47,989 nt of DNA from assembly GCA_001778695.1 (NCBI GenBank), contig MFHU01000017.1, forward strand, positions 21,214 through 69,202. Reading direction: 5' to 3'. The notes beneath the pieces were generated by a model. The model worked only from the letters and a program-made list of their open reading frames with translations. It was not told where the DNA came from and searched no databases. Positions 16,350 through 26,323 of the stretch are shown piece by piece. Every line of letters starts with the position of its first letter. Positions within the stretch are counted from its first letter, which is position 1. A program made the translations under genes and the position numbers. Origin of the DNA: Candidatus Giovannonibacteria bacterium RIFCSPHIGHO2_12_FULL_44_22 (lineage in GTDB: Bacteria > Patescibacteriota > Minisyncoccia > UBA11713 > 2-01-FULL-45-33).

Positions 16350-17411
16350 ATGCTTTTAACTCTTTTTATTTTCCTGATTATTCTTTTGGTTCTTGTGCTT
16401 TCCCACGAAGCGGGGCATTTTTTTACGGCGCGTTTTTTTGGCGTCAAAGTTGAAGAATTCGGCTTTGGGATTCCTCCGCGGATTTGGAGCTTGTGGCGCG
16501 ACAAGCATGATACTCTTTATTCTTTAAATCTTCTGCCTTTCGGCGGATTCGTAAAAATATTTGGCGAAGAGGGCGAGGATGGCGATAGCTCTGGAAGTTT
16601 TGGGTCAAAATCCGCCTCAAAAAGAGCCGTGATACTGGCCAGCGGAGTATTAGCAAATATTATTTTGGCTTTTCTCGCCCTTACTTTGGTAAGCGGTTTG
16701 GGCGTGCCACAAGCCGTTTCCGAAGAAGAAAGCGGCAATTATCTCGACGCCAAAATAACCATTATGGATGTGGCGCCGGATTCGCCGGCGGCACGCGCCG
16801 GAATTATGCCTGGAGACCAGATTTTCGGCTTTCAAAAAATAGAAGACGTGCAGAATTTTATTAAACAAAATAAAGGCAAAAATATCTCACTTTCTCTAAT
16901 TCGGGGAAAAAAGTCGCTTGAAGTGAGCGCGCTTTCCCGCCAAAATCCGCCGGAAGGGGAGGGGCCTTTGGGGGTTGCTCTCGGGCTAGTGCGCGTGAAA
17001 AAATCTCCGTGGTATCTTGCTCCAATAGACGGTGCACGATTTACTTGGGAAATTTTAAAAGGAACAGTTTTGGGATTATGGGATCTTATCCAAAGCCTTT
17101 TTAAAAAAGAGGCCTTGCCTGTTGAAGTTGCCGGTCCAGTGGGAATTTTCAACATAACTTCTTCGGCCATCAATCTGGGTTTTGGCACGCTTCTTATATT
17201 ACTTGCGGTTTTGTCCATTAATCTTTCGTTAATTAATATTTTGCCGTTTCCGGGTTTGGACGGCGGAAGATTATTTTTTCTTTTGATTGAAACTTTGCGC
17301 GGCCGGCGGATTTCTCCAAAAACCAGCGCTCTGGCGCACAGCCTCGGCCTCGCGATTTTAATTATGCTGATGCTAGTGGTAACTTATCACGACATTGCTA
17401 GGACGTTCTGA
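16350..17411 (+). CDS. rseP: Site-2 protease RseP (M50 with PDZ)
   Basis: HEAGH, PDZ DSPAARAG..PGD, NILPFPGLDGG. Confidence 0.92.
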   Translation: MLLTLFIFLIILLVLVLSHEAGHFFTARFFGVKVEEFGFGIPPRIWSLWRDKHDTLYSLNLLPFGGFVKIFGEEGEDGDSSGSFGSKSASKRAVILASGVLANIILAFLALTLVSGLGVPQAVSEEESGNYLDAKITIMDVAPDSPAARAGIMPGDQIFGFQKIEDVQNFIKQNKGKNISLSLIRGKKSLEVSALSRQNPPEGEGPLGVALGLVRVKKSPWYLAPIDGARFTWEILKGTVLGLWDLIQSLFKKEALPVEVAGPVGIFNITSSAINLGFGTLLILLAVLSINLSLINILPFPGLDGGRLFFLLIETLRGRRISPKTSALAHSLGLAILIMLMLVVTYHDIARTF

Positions 17412-17429
17412 CTAAGCTAACATATTCCT

Positions 17430-18668
17430 ATGCGACTTTCGGAATTATTCGCAAAAACAGAGAGGCGGCCTCCTAAAAACGAAGAGTCAAAAAACGCCAA
17501 ACTTTTGGAGCAGGCAGGTTTTATTCAGAAGCTCTCCGCTGGAGTTTATACTTTTTTGCCGTTGGGCCTTCGGGTTTTAAATAAGATAGAAAATATTGTG
17601 CGGGGGGAAATGAATAAAGCCGGCGGGGTTGAAATTTTAATGCCGTCTCTGCATCCCAAAGAAAATTGGGAGATTACCGGCAGATGGCAGGCCTTTGACG
17701 CGCTTTTTAAAACCAAAAGTAATTTCGGCGGAGAATACGCACTAGGGCCCACGCACGAAGAGGTGCTTTATTCTTTACTTAAAAAACACATCAGCTCTTA
17801 TCGCGACCTTCCCGTTTATATTTATCAAATCCAAACAAAATTCAGAGATGAAAAAAGGCCCAAGGCCGGGCTTTTGCGCGCGCGGGAATTTCGTATGAAA
17901 GACCTTTACAGTTTTCACGCGAACGATGAAGACCGTGATAAATATTACGAGGTGATGAAAAAATCTTATGTAGAAATTTTTAAAAAATTGGGTTTAGCGG
18001 CCATTCCCACCACTGCTTCCGGCGGAACTTTTTCGGAGCTTTCTCTGGAATTTCAAGTTGCCTCCGATGCCGGCGAAGACACTATTTATTTTTGCAAGAA
18101 ATGTAATTTAGCAATTAATAAAGAGATTGTCGGTTTAAACTCGCCGAAATGCTCAAATTGCGCGGGGCCGACTAAAGAAATAAAAGCCATAGAAGCCGGA
18201 AATATTTTCCCGCTGAAAGAAAAATACGCCAATGATTTTAATCTGAATTTTAAAGGCGAAGCAGGAAAGGAAAAATTGGTTTCAGCCGGATGCTACGGCT
18301 TTGGAACGTCACGGGTGATGGGAATTATTGCCGAAGTTATGAGCGACGAAAAAGGGCTTATTTGGCCGAATGAGGTCGCGCCTTTCACTCTCCATTTAAT
18401 AGCTGTAGGCGAGTCGCCTAAAGTAAAAAAAGCCGGCGAAAAACTTTACGCCGATCTTATTGCAAGAGGCGGGGAAGCATTGTACGATGATCGCGCGGAA
18501 AGAACCGCCGGAGAAAAATTTGCCGAAGCCGACCTTTTGGGAATTCCATTAAGAGCTGTTGTGAGCGAGAAAACTTTGGAAAAAGACAGCGTGGAACTGA
18601 AAGAAAGAAATTCCGAAACGATTCGGCTGGAAGTTATAAAAACATTTTTAGAAAAATATGATAAATAA
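17430..18668 (+). CDS. proS: Proline--tRNA ligase, short form without editing domain
   Basis: LGPTHEE, YQIQTKFRDE.RP..GLLR.REF.MKD.YSF, GCYGFG.SR. Confidence 0.95.
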   Translation: MRLSELFAKTERRPPKNEESKNAKLLEQAGFIQKLSAGVYTFLPLGLRVLNKIENIVRGEMNKAGGVEILMPSLHPKENWEITGRWQAFDALFKTKSNFGGEYALGPTHEEVLYSLLKKHISSYRDLPVYIYQIQTKFRDEKRPKAGLLRAREFRMKDLYSFHANDEDRDKYYEVMKKSYVEIFKKLGLAAIPTTASGGTFSELSLEFQVASDAGEDTIYFCKKCNLAINKEIVGLNSPKCSNCAGPTKEIKAIEAGNIFPLKEKYANDFNLNFKGEAGKEKLVSAGCYGFGTSRVMGIIAEVMSDEKGLIWPNEVAPFTLHLIAVGESPKVKKAGEKLYADLIARGGEALYDDRAERTAGEKFAEADLLGIPLRAVVSEKTLEKDSVELKERNSETIRLEVIKTFLEKYDK

Positions 18669-19710
18669 ACTTTTCGGCATGTTTTCAAAAGACCTGGGAA
18701 TTGATTTGGGTACGGCCAATATTTTGGTTTACGTAAGGGGCGAGGGCATTTTAATCAACGAACCTTCGGTAGTGGCCATCAACCAAAAAACTGGGCAGGT
18801 GGTGGCCATCGGCCATGACGCCAAAAAAATGCTCGGCAGGACCCCCGGCCATATTACAGCTTTACGCCCCTTGGTTGACGGCGTTATCTCGGATTTTGAA
18901 GTTACGGCGGAAATGCTAAATTATTTCATAAAAAAGGTGCACAGCCCTTCGGCCCAGCTTTTCGCGCGCCCGCGCGTAGTGATTGGAATTCCTTCAAGTA
19001 TCACGGAAGTTGAGCGCCGAGCGGTAAGGGACGCAGCTTCCAACGCCGGAGCCAGGGAAGTTTATCTGGTGGAGGAGCCGATGGCCGCGGCCATCGGCGT
19101 GAGGCTCCCGATTCAGGAAGCGGTGGGGAGCATGGTTATAGATGTGGGCGGCGGGACGACGGATATCGCCGTGATTTCTTTGGGCGGTATTGTGACTTCG
19201 CGGAATTTAAGAATAGCCGGAGACAGATTTAACGATGATATTGCAAACTACGCTCGGGATGAATTCAAACTTTTAATAGGAGAGCGTACGGCCGAAGACA
19301 TAAAAATTTCAATCGGATCGGTTTGGAAAACCAACGATATTTTTGAAGGAACCTTGCGCGGGAGGGATTTGGTGACCGGACTGCCAAGGGAAGTTTTGGT
19401 AACAGATAGCGATGTGCGCGCGGCTTTGGCTAAATCCATCCGTCTGATCGTGGACGGAGTGAAGGGCACTATAGAAGACACTCCGCCTGAATTGGTTGCT
19501 GATATCATGCACCGCGGAATATTATTGGTGGGCGGAGGAAGTTTAATTCGTGGTCTAGACAAGCTTTTGGAGCGCGAAACAAAAATGCCGGTTTATTTGG
19601 CAGAAGACCCTTTGACAGCCGTGGTGCGCGGAACTGGAATAATTTTGGAAGATATAGACAGCCTCCGCGAAGTTTTTATTGAAGATGATTATGATATCCC
19701 TCCAAAATAA
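18658..19710 (+). CDS. mreB: Rod shape-determining protein MreB, copy 2
   Basis: GIDLGTAN, DGVISDF, EEPMAAAIG, DVGGGTTD; precedes mreC. Confidence 0.95.
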   Translation: MINKLFGMFSKDLGIDLGTANILVYVRGEGILINEPSVVAINQKTGQVVAIGHDAKKMLGRTPGHITALRPLVDGVISDFEVTAEMLNYFIKKVHSPSAQLFARPRVVIGIPSSITEVERRAVRDAASNAGAREVYLVEEPMAAAIGVRLPIQEAVGSMVIDVGGGTTDIAVISLGGIVTSRNLRIAGDRFNDDIANYARDEFKLLIGERTAEDIKISIGSVWKTNDIFEGTLRGRDLVTGLPREVLVTDSDVRAALAKSIRLIVDGVKGTIEDTPPELVADIMHRGILLVGGGSLIRGLDKLLERETKMPVYLAEDPLTAVVRGTGIILEDIDSLREVFIEDDYDIPPK

Positions 19711-20389
19711 GATTTTTTGGGCGGCGCTTTTGGCGCTGATTTTTTTTAGCGGCAGTCGAGCTTTCGTAAAAAATTTAATTATCAAAGCATCGCTTTTTTT
19801 GGCTCCCGAAAGAGAATCTCGGCAAGCCGGCAATCAGGCTTTGGCGTTGCTTATTAAAATCCGGGATCTTGAAAAAGAAAATTTAAGATTACAAAAAGCG
19901 CTGGGCGTAAATGCCAAAACAAGGCTGATACCGGCTAACGCGGTTTTTGGAGGAGGTTATCTTTTTTCCGATATTCTTTTGATAAATCAGGGCTGGAACG
20001 CGGGAATAAAAATCGGCGATATGGTCACTTATCAAAATGAGGTTTTTCTCGGGCGGATTACGGAAGTTGGCGCGGATTGGAGCAAGATTGGTCTTTTGGG
20101 GCGTTTGGGAAATAAAATTATTCTGCGCCAAGATGCGCCTGAGAATATTCAATCCATTCCCATTGAAGCCATAGGCCTGGGCGGGGGAGAGTTTCAAATA
20201 GAGATGCCGGCGGAGACAAATTTAAAAATAGGAGATATTTTCCGTTCAGCCGAAAATCCCGAATATATCGCTGGCATGGTTGATAAGATTTCGTTCAAAT
20301 CCGGAGACCAGTTTAAGGAAATCGGCTTAATTTCTCCGCTGTCGCCGGTTTTGCTTAATGAAGTAGATATAGTTTCAAAAAATGATTAA
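19691..20389 (+). CDS. mreC: Rod shape-determining protein MreC
   Basis: TM, coiled coil LEKENLRLQKAL, INQG..AGIKIG, GRITEV; synteny with mreB. Confidence 0.82.
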   Translation: MISLQNKIFWAALLALIFFSGSRAFVKNLIIKASLFLAPERESRQAGNQALALLIKIRDLEKENLRLQKALGVNAKTRLIPANAVFGGGYLFSDILLINQGWNAGIKIGDMVTYQNEVFLGRITEVGADWSKIGLLGRLGNKIILRQDAPENIQSIPIEAIGLGGGEFQIEMPAETNLKIGDIFRSAENPEYIAGMVDKISFKSGDQFKEIGLISPLSPVLLNEVDIVSKND

Positions 20390-20933
20390 GCAATTTATTA
20401 AAGGTAGGGTGTATGTTTTTATTGACGCGGCGAATATATTTTATTCGCAACGAACTTTAAAATGGCGTATTTCATACGAAAAATTAAAAAAATATTTTGA
20501 GAAAGAATGTAGCCCAGGACAAATTTTTATTTATACAGCCAATGATTCGAAGAGGCCAAATCAAGAAAAGTTTATAAAAATGCTTGAAGGCGCTGGTTTT
20601 AAGGTGCGCACTAAACCTGTTAAACAAATTCGTTTATCTAGCGGTGTGTATCAGTGGAAAGGAGATTTTGATGTAGAATTGACTATGGATATGCTGGACT
20701 CGATGGATAAATATGACACAGCTATTTTAATGTCCGGCGACAGCGATTTTGCACCGGTTGTCGATAGAATTAAATCCCATGGGAAGCTAATAATAGTAAT
20801 GTCTGTAAAAGGCCATATATCTAAAGAATTACTTGAAAGAGCAAAATATATAAATCTTAAGAAGCTAAGAAAAGAAATCGAGCTTATAAACAAAATCCCC
20901 CTCGCAAGCGAGGGAGAGGTTCGTCATGGCTAA
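20382..20933 (+). CDS. NYN-domain (LabA/DUF88, PIN-like) protein
   Basis: VFIDAANI, KGDFDVELTMD, LMSGDSDFAP. Confidence 0.9.
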   Translation: MIKQFIKGRVYVFIDAANIFYSQRTLKWRISYEKLKKYFEKECSPGQIFIYTANDSKRPNQEKFIKMLEGAGFKVRTKPVKQIRLSSGVYQWKGDFDVELTMDMLDSMDKYDTAILMSGDSDFAPVVDRIKSHGKLIIVMSVKGHISKELLERAKYINLKKLRKEIELINKIPLASEGEVRHG

Positions 20934-20994
20934 GCTTAGCAAACCTAATATAAATGTCAATATCGCTGCCAATTAGTAGATGTGAATAACTAAT

Positions 20995-21795
20995 ATGCCC
21001 GAAAAACCACCAGAAAATAATACAGAAAATAATCCCGAGCCGAAATCTCCCGAATCCGAACTTTCTCAGGAAGTCTTGGAGAGGGTGATGGCTAAAGTGC
21101 AGGATATTGGATCGTATCCCACAGCATTTACTGCAATAGAAGATGACAAGACTCTGGACACTACAAAAAATGTTTTACAGTACGGACTTCTTGGGTCACA
21201 ACGCCCTAGTCTTGATACTGGTGATCGCGGTGACAGATCTAAGGAGAAGTGGGCTTATTTGGCGCGAAAAACAAAAAAAAACATTGTTCATTTCAATATT
21301 GTTGGAAGAACTATACTTGGCGCCGGACAGGAGGAACGAAACCCAGTAATGCGCCATATAGGTAGAAGTTATTGGACAAGAATAGTGTCTGGTTCTGAAA
21401 AAGGATTTGTTATATTATTCAATTCAAAAGAATTTGCGGATGGTTGGGAAAATGATGGGGAAAAAGACGGCTTAAAACGGCGCACCTATTATCAAAGAGG
21501 AGGCTTTCATGAGTGGGAAACCCGAAGAGATCCTTCCGATGAATGGTATGGCGTCGGGCCAATTCCGGATAGTGGATTTGTGATGCGCGACAGAATTGCG
21601 CCTCGTTTTTTTAAAGGCATTATTCCAGTGGGGAAAACACTTAGTTTAGAAGAACTTGTATTGCTTATGTTTGAAATTAAGACATTTCTACCGATATTTG
21701 ATTCAAATGGCAATTTGCTTTGGCCGCAAAAAATGAGCTACGAAGAAGTTAAAAAGTTTGTGGAGGAGAGGGATAAGAATAAAGAAAAAAAATGA
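20995..21795 (+). CDS. Hypothetical protein, 266 aa
   Basis: Long ORF whose stop overlaps the mreD start; no recognised family. Confidence 0.75.
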   Translation: MPEKPPENNTENNPEPKSPESELSQEVLERVMAKVQDIGSYPTAFTAIEDDKTLDTTKNVLQYGLLGSQRPSLDTGDRGDRSKEKWAYLARKTKKNIVHFNIVGRTILGAGQEERNPVMRHIGRSYWTRIVSGSEKGFVILFNSKEFADGWENDGEKDGLKRRTYYQRGGFHEWETRRDPSDEWYGVGPIPDSGFVMRDRIAPRFFKGIIPVGKTLSLEELVLLMFEIKTFLPIFDSNGNLLWPQKMSYEEVKKFVEERDKNKEKK

Positions 21796-22103
21796 TTAAG
21801 CAGAAATTTTTAATAACCGGTTTTTTTTACGGCTTGATATTTGAAAGCCTCGGGGCGGATGTTCTGGGTTTTTATTTACTGCCGGCGATGGCGGTAACAT
21901 TTTTATATGCCAAACTTCCTTTTACGCTTAGGGCAGTTAACGCGTTCTCGGCTTTTGTTTTTGGATTTTTTTTAATGATATTTTGGGCCTCCTTCAAAAA
22001 CGGCTGGAAAGCGCCATCATTAAAATTTACTTGGCATATTTTCATCTATGTTTCTTTGCTTTTAATTTTGCTTTATACTTTCAGCCATGCGGAGAAAAAA
22101 TAA
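21792..22103 (+). CDS. mreD: MreD-like membrane protein, short
   Basis: Hydrophobic 103-aa ORF at the mreD position between mreC and the PBP2 gene. Confidence 0.55.
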   Translation: MIKQKFLITGFFYGLIFESLGADVLGFYLLPAMAVTFLYAKLPFTLRAVNAFSAFVFGFFLMIFWASFKNGWKAPSLKFTWHIFIYVSLLLILLYTFSHAEKK

Positions 22104-23766
22104 CAAAGAGATAGAAGTTGACGAGATATTCTTGGACCAAAAAAACACCCCGGGATTTCATCAGGAAAACATGGAGGGCATGCTGGAAAATCCCATAAAA
22201 AATAAGATTTTTTGGTTTTTGGGCGTTTTTTTGATCTCTATGCTTACTGTTTTTGGTTTACGCGTGGGATATCTTCAGTTAGCGCGCGGGGAAGAATTAA
22301 AAGAACGCTCCGAAAAAAATTATTTGAGGGTGGTAAGCTTGAGCGCCCAACGCGGAATTATTTACGACAAAGACGGCAATCCGCTGGCTTATAACGATAC
22401 AACCGAAACGGAGAGCTTAAGAAAATATCCGCCAGCCGGATTTTTACACGTTTTGGGATTTTTAACGGCTCCGGAAAAAGAAGGCGACGCGCCCAAAGGA
22501 GCCAGCGGTTTGGAAGCTACCTATGACGAAATACTGCGCGGCACTCCGGATAAAAATATAGAAGAAGTGGATGCTAAAGGAAATGTTGTTGAGCTGGGTA
22601 TTTTAGAAAAAGGTCAGGAGGGCAAAAATATTTTAACAGGAATTTCCAAGGGCCTTAATATAAAACTTGCCGAAGCCATAAACGGCACCAAAGAAGAAAG
22701 GGGATTTAAAGGAGGCGCGGGCGTTTTTATGGATATAAAAAGCGGAGAAATTCTGGCTTTGGCCAGCGCGCCGGAATTTGACCCTAATTTACTCTCCAAA
22801 AAAAACACTTCGGAAGAAATCAATAAATTGCTTTATGATGAAGGCAAGCCGTTTTTAAACAGAGCCGTCTCCGGCCTTTACGCGCCCGGGTCCATAGTGA
22901 AGCCGGCTCTAGCCATTGGCGCTCTTTTGGAAAATATTATTACGCCTGACAAAAAAATAATGAGCACCGGCTCAATCAGTCTGCCCAATCCCTACGACCC
23001 AGCGCGCCCTAACATATTTTTGGATTGGAAAGCGCACGGCCTGGTGGATATGAGGCAAGCCTTGGCGGTTTCCAGCGACGTTTATTTTTATGAAATCGGC
23101 GGAGGATATCAAGACCAAAAAGGTTTGGGGCCGTGGAATATAAAAAAATATTTTTCCATGTTCGGTTTTGAAGAAAAAAGCGGGATTGACCTTCCGGGAG
23201 AAAAGTCGGGCCATTTGCCTGACCCTTCGGAAAAACAAGGCGGGAGAGATTGGACAATAGGAAATACTTATCACATGGCTATCGGTCAGGGAGATGTCAC
23301 GGTCACGCCGATCGGGATGATTTCTTACGTGTCCGCGATCGCTTCCGATGGAATTATACGATATCCCCACTTAGTCCGCGCTGTAGTTGATAAAAACAAA
23401 AAACCTTTGCAGATTTTTTCTTATCCTTCCAGGCGCGTTTTACCGATATCGCCGGATATTTTTAAAGTTATAAAAGAAGGCATGCGGGATTCCGCGAAAT
23501 TCGGCACTGCCCAGGGGCTGTCCGGCCTGCCGATTGAGATTGCCGCCAAAACCGGAACGGCCGAAGTCGGCGGGACAAACACGGTGCATTCCTGGTCCAT
23601 CGGTTTTTTCCCTTACGAAAACCCGCGCGTGGCTTTTGTTATTTTAATGGAGGGCGGCCCGAGACAAAACACCGTGGGCGCCACTTATGTTGCTACCCAG
23701 GTCATCCGCTGGATAACAGATACCGGGTTTCTTTCCAAACTGGATAATGATATACTGCCCAAATAG
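22087..23766 (+). CDS. mrdA: Penicillin-binding protein 2
   Basis: RGIIYD, SxxK (GSIVK), SSDVYFY, KTGTAE; follows mreBCD. Confidence 0.9.
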   Translation: MRRKNNKEIEVDEIFLDQKNTPGFHQENMEGMLENPIKNKIFWFLGVFLISMLTVFGLRVGYLQLARGEELKERSEKNYLRVVSLSAQRGIIYDKDGNPLAYNDTTETESLRKYPPAGFLHVLGFLTAPEKEGDAPKGASGLEATYDEILRGTPDKNIEEVDAKGNVVELGILEKGQEGKNILTGISKGLNIKLAEAINGTKEERGFKGGAGVFMDIKSGEILALASAPEFDPNLLSKKNTSEEINKLLYDEGKPFLNRAVSGLYAPGSIVKPALAIGALLENIITPDKKIMSTGSISLPNPYDPARPNIFLDWKAHGLVDMRQALAVSSDVYFYEIGGGYQDQKGLGPWNIKKYFSMFGFEEKSGIDLPGEKSGHLPDPSEKQGGRDWTIGNTYHMAIGQGDVTVTPIGMISYVSAIASDGIIRYPHLVRAVVDKNKKPLQIFSYPSRRVLPISPDIFKVIKEGMRDSAKFGTAQGLSGLPIEIAAKTGTAEVGGTNTVHSWSIGFFPYENPRVAFVILMEGGPRQNTVGATYVATQVIRWITDTGFLSKLDNDILPK

Positions 23767-23778
23767 ATAAATTAAATT

Positions 23779-24249
23779 ATGGCAGAACTGGATTCAACAT
23801 ATTTTTCAAAAGAAGGCCTGGCCAAGCTTAAAAAAGAGCTGGAAAGCCTCAAAACCAAAAAACGCAAGGAAATCGCGGGTCGCTTGGAGTACGCCAAAAG
23901 CTTAGGTGATCTTTCGGAAAACTCCGAATATCAAGAGGCAAAAGAATCCCAAATAATGAACGAAGCCAAAATAGCGGAGCTGGAAGATATGCTCCGCCGG
24001 GCGGTTGTGGTGGAACATTCCGCGTCTCGCGGCCAAGTGGATATTGGCTCACAAGTCGCCGTGGAGGATATTTCTGGCAAAAGATTAAATTTTACGATTG
24101 TCGGCGCCAACGAGGCGTCTCCCGCGGAAAATAAAATTTCAAACGAATCTCCTTTGGGCAAAGCTCTTTTAAACCACAAAAAAGGCGAAACCGTTTCTGC
24201 CCACACGCCAAAGGGCGTACTGGAATATAAAATCGTTGATATAATATAA
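23779..24249 (+). CDS. greA: Transcription elongation factor GreA
   Basis: GDLSENSEY..AK, ISNESPLGKAL. Confidence 0.96.
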   Translation: MAELDSTYFSKEGLAKLKKELESLKTKKRKEIAGRLEYAKSLGDLSENSEYQEAKESQIMNEAKIAELEDMLRRAVVVEHSASRGQVDIGSQVAVEDISGKRLNFTIVGANEASPAENKISNESPLGKALLNHKKGETVSAHTPKGVLEYKIVDII

Positions 24250-24252
24250 AGT

Positions 24253-25725
24253 ATGGCTTCATCCGGAGAAGAAATTAGGAATTACCGCGTAAAAAAATTA
24301 GAGACCATACAAGGGGCTGGAATAGTTCCTTATCCCAGCAAAATTTCTTTTGCAATTTTGGCGGCGGAAGACATAAAAAAGAATTTTAAAAAATTAGTTT
24401 CCAATAAAAAAAATATTGGCGTTGCCGGAAGGATTTTGGCTAAACGCGAACATGGTGGCTCAACCTTTTTAGATTTATTTGATGGAACAGACAAGCTCCA
24501 AGTTTTTTTAAGTAAAGATAAGATTGGCACCGATTCTTATAATCTGTTTTCTGAAGCCGTGGATATCGGGGATTTTATCGCTGTTTATGGAAAACCATTT
24601 TTTACCAAACGTGCCGAACTGACGCTGGAAGTTTCGCGCTGGGAGATGCTGGCAAAATCGCTTTTGCCTTTGCCAGAAAAATGGCACGGCCTTCAGGATA
24701 TAGAGGAGCGCTTCCGCAAGCGTTATCTGGATTTACTGATGAACAGCGGAGTTAAAGAGAGATTTTTATTCCGAAGCCGGCTTATTTATAAATTGCGCGC
24801 GCTTTTAAATAAAGAGGGATTTTTGGAAGTTGAAACTCCTGTGCTCCAGACCTCGGCGGGAGGCGCTTCGGCGCGGCCTTTCAAAACGCGCCACAACGCT
24901 TTGGATATCGACCTTTGGCTGAGAATAGCCACGGAAATCCATCTGAAATATTTGCTAATCGGCGGGTTCAATAAAGTTTATGAAATCGGCCGTATTTTCA
25001 GAAACGAAGGCATAGACGCAATTCATAATCCGGAATTTACAACCGCAGAACTTTATATCGCTTATTCCGACCATGAAAGTTTGATGAAATTTATTGAAAA
25101 ATTGCTCGGAGACTTAGCCACTTTAATTGCCAAGAATAAAACTATAGCTTTCGGCGGGCAAAAAATTTCTTTTAAAACTCCGTTTAAAAAAATAACTTTT
25201 ATTGAGGCATTGGAGCGGCACGCTTTAATTACCGACTATCCTAAAAAATCGCGGGGGGATTTGGTGACAATCGCAATGCGCTTCGGCGTTAATCCGGAGA
25301 GCCACGAATCCAAAGATAAAATCGCGGAAAAAATATTCGCTAAGGTTTGCCGGCCGAAATTTATCCAGCCGATTTTTGTTACAGATTATCCCGCGAGCAT
25401 TTTGCCTTTAGCCAAGCGCTCGCCCAAAAATCCTGATACGGCTCTGTCTTTTCAGGTTGTCGCAGGAGGAATAGAAATAGTGAAGGCCTTTAATGAGTTA
25501 AACGACCCCATAGATCAACGGGAAAGGCTCAAAAAAGAAGCGGCGGCCGGCGCGGAAGGAGACGCCGAAGCCCAGCCCTTGGATGAGGAGTTTATTGAGG
25601 CCTTGGAATATGGCATGCCGCCGGCTGCCGGATTGGGGATAGGCCTGGACAGATTGGTCATGCTTTTCACCGATACTGACAATATCAAAGAAGTCATTCT
25701 TTTCCCCACAATGAAGCCGAAATAA
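24253..25725 (+). CDS. lysS: Lysine--tRNA ligase, class II
   Basis: RYLDL, GGASARPF.T.HN, FRNEG.D..HNPEFT, YGMPP.AG.GIG.DRL. Confidence 0.97.
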   Translation: MASSGEEIRNYRVKKLETIQGAGIVPYPSKISFAILAAEDIKKNFKKLVSNKKNIGVAGRILAKREHGGSTFLDLFDGTDKLQVFLSKDKIGTDSYNLFSEAVDIGDFIAVYGKPFFTKRAELTLEVSRWEMLAKSLLPLPEKWHGLQDIEERFRKRYLDLLMNSGVKERFLFRSRLIYKLRALLNKEGFLEVETPVLQTSAGGASARPFKTRHNALDIDLWLRIATEIHLKYLLIGGFNKVYEIGRIFRNEGIDAIHNPEFTTAELYIAYSDHESLMKFIEKLLGDLATLIAKNKTIAFGGQKISFKTPFKKITFIEALERHALITDYPKKSRGDLVTIAMRFGVNPESHESKDKIAEKIFAKVCRPKFIQPIFVTDYPASILPLAKRSPKNPDTALSFQVVAGGIEIVKAFNELNDPIDQRERLKKEAAAGAEGDAEAQPLDEEFIEALEYGMPPAAGLGIGLDRLVMLFTDTDNIKEVILFPTMKPK

Positions 25726-25731
25726 ATACGC

Positions 25732-25878
25732 TGTGAATAAGCTGTGAGTAAATAAGCTGATTTAGCTTTATTTTGTCCCGCTGAAAGCGGGACGTTTTTA
25801 TTTGCATGAGCGCGAGCTGTGGATTACAATGTATATGAAGTGGGAAAATGTGGATAAACCTGTGGATAGTGTGGATAA
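25732..25878. promoter_or_regulatory. Cluster of DnaA-box-like and GTGG repeats upstream of mraZ
   Basis: TGTGAATAA 25732, TGTGAGTAA 25743, TGTGGATTA 25818, TGTGGATAA 25849, TGTGGATAG 25861, TGTGGATAA 25870. Confidence 0.7.
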
Positions 25879-25888
25879 CTTTAAATAT

Positions 25889-26323
25889 ATGTTAATAGGC
25901 GAATATTTACATACCATAGACCAGAAAAATCGTGTTTCAGTACCTTCAAAATTTCGCAAAGACTTGGGGAAGATTGTTGTGCTTACCCGCGGATTGGATA
26001 AATGCCTTTTTCTTTACCCTTTGGCCCAGTGGAAAGAGCTCGCCGAAAAATTAGCCAAACTGCCTTGGGGCAAAGCCGAGCATCGCAGTTTTATCCGCGC
26101 GATGATTGCCGGAGCAACCGATATAGAAGTGGATTCGCTGGGGCGGATTCTTTTGCCGGATTATCTGAAAGTTTATTCAAAATTGTCGGACACGGCCATG
26201 ATCGTCGGACTTTATAACCGCGTGGAAATTTGGAATCCGGAACTTTGGGCGCGTTATAGCGAAGCTACAAAAGATAATGTTGAAGTAATTGCCGAAAAAT
26301 TAGGAGAGCTGGGACTTTACTGA
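25889..26323 (+). CDS. mraZ: Division/cell-wall cluster transcriptional regulator MraZ
   Basis: MLIGEYLHTIDQKNRVSVP, RGLDKCL, DSLGRILLP; start at ATG 25889. Confidence 0.95.
   Translation: MLIGEYLHTIDQKNRVSVPSKFRKDLGKIVVLTRGLDKCLFLYPLAQWKELAEKLAKLPWGKAEHRSFIRAMIAGATDIEVDSLGRILLPDYLKVYSKLSDTAMIVGLYNRVEIWNPELWARYSEATKDNVEVIAEKLGELGLY

Noticed and set aside
19814-19835. ESRQAG segment in mreC as another in-frame palindrome
   Set aside because: Dyad too weak to distinguish from chance.
25732-25878. oriC
   Set aside because: No dnaA/dnaN nearby and no clear unwinding element; location fits the mraZ promoter. It cannot be fully excluded without GC skew.
25802-25888. N-terminal extension of MraZ in the ORF track
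   Set aside because: It translates the regulatory repeats; the family-typical start is ATG 25889. Similar over-extensions were trimmed for khpA, dnaX, the SurA-like gene and obg.
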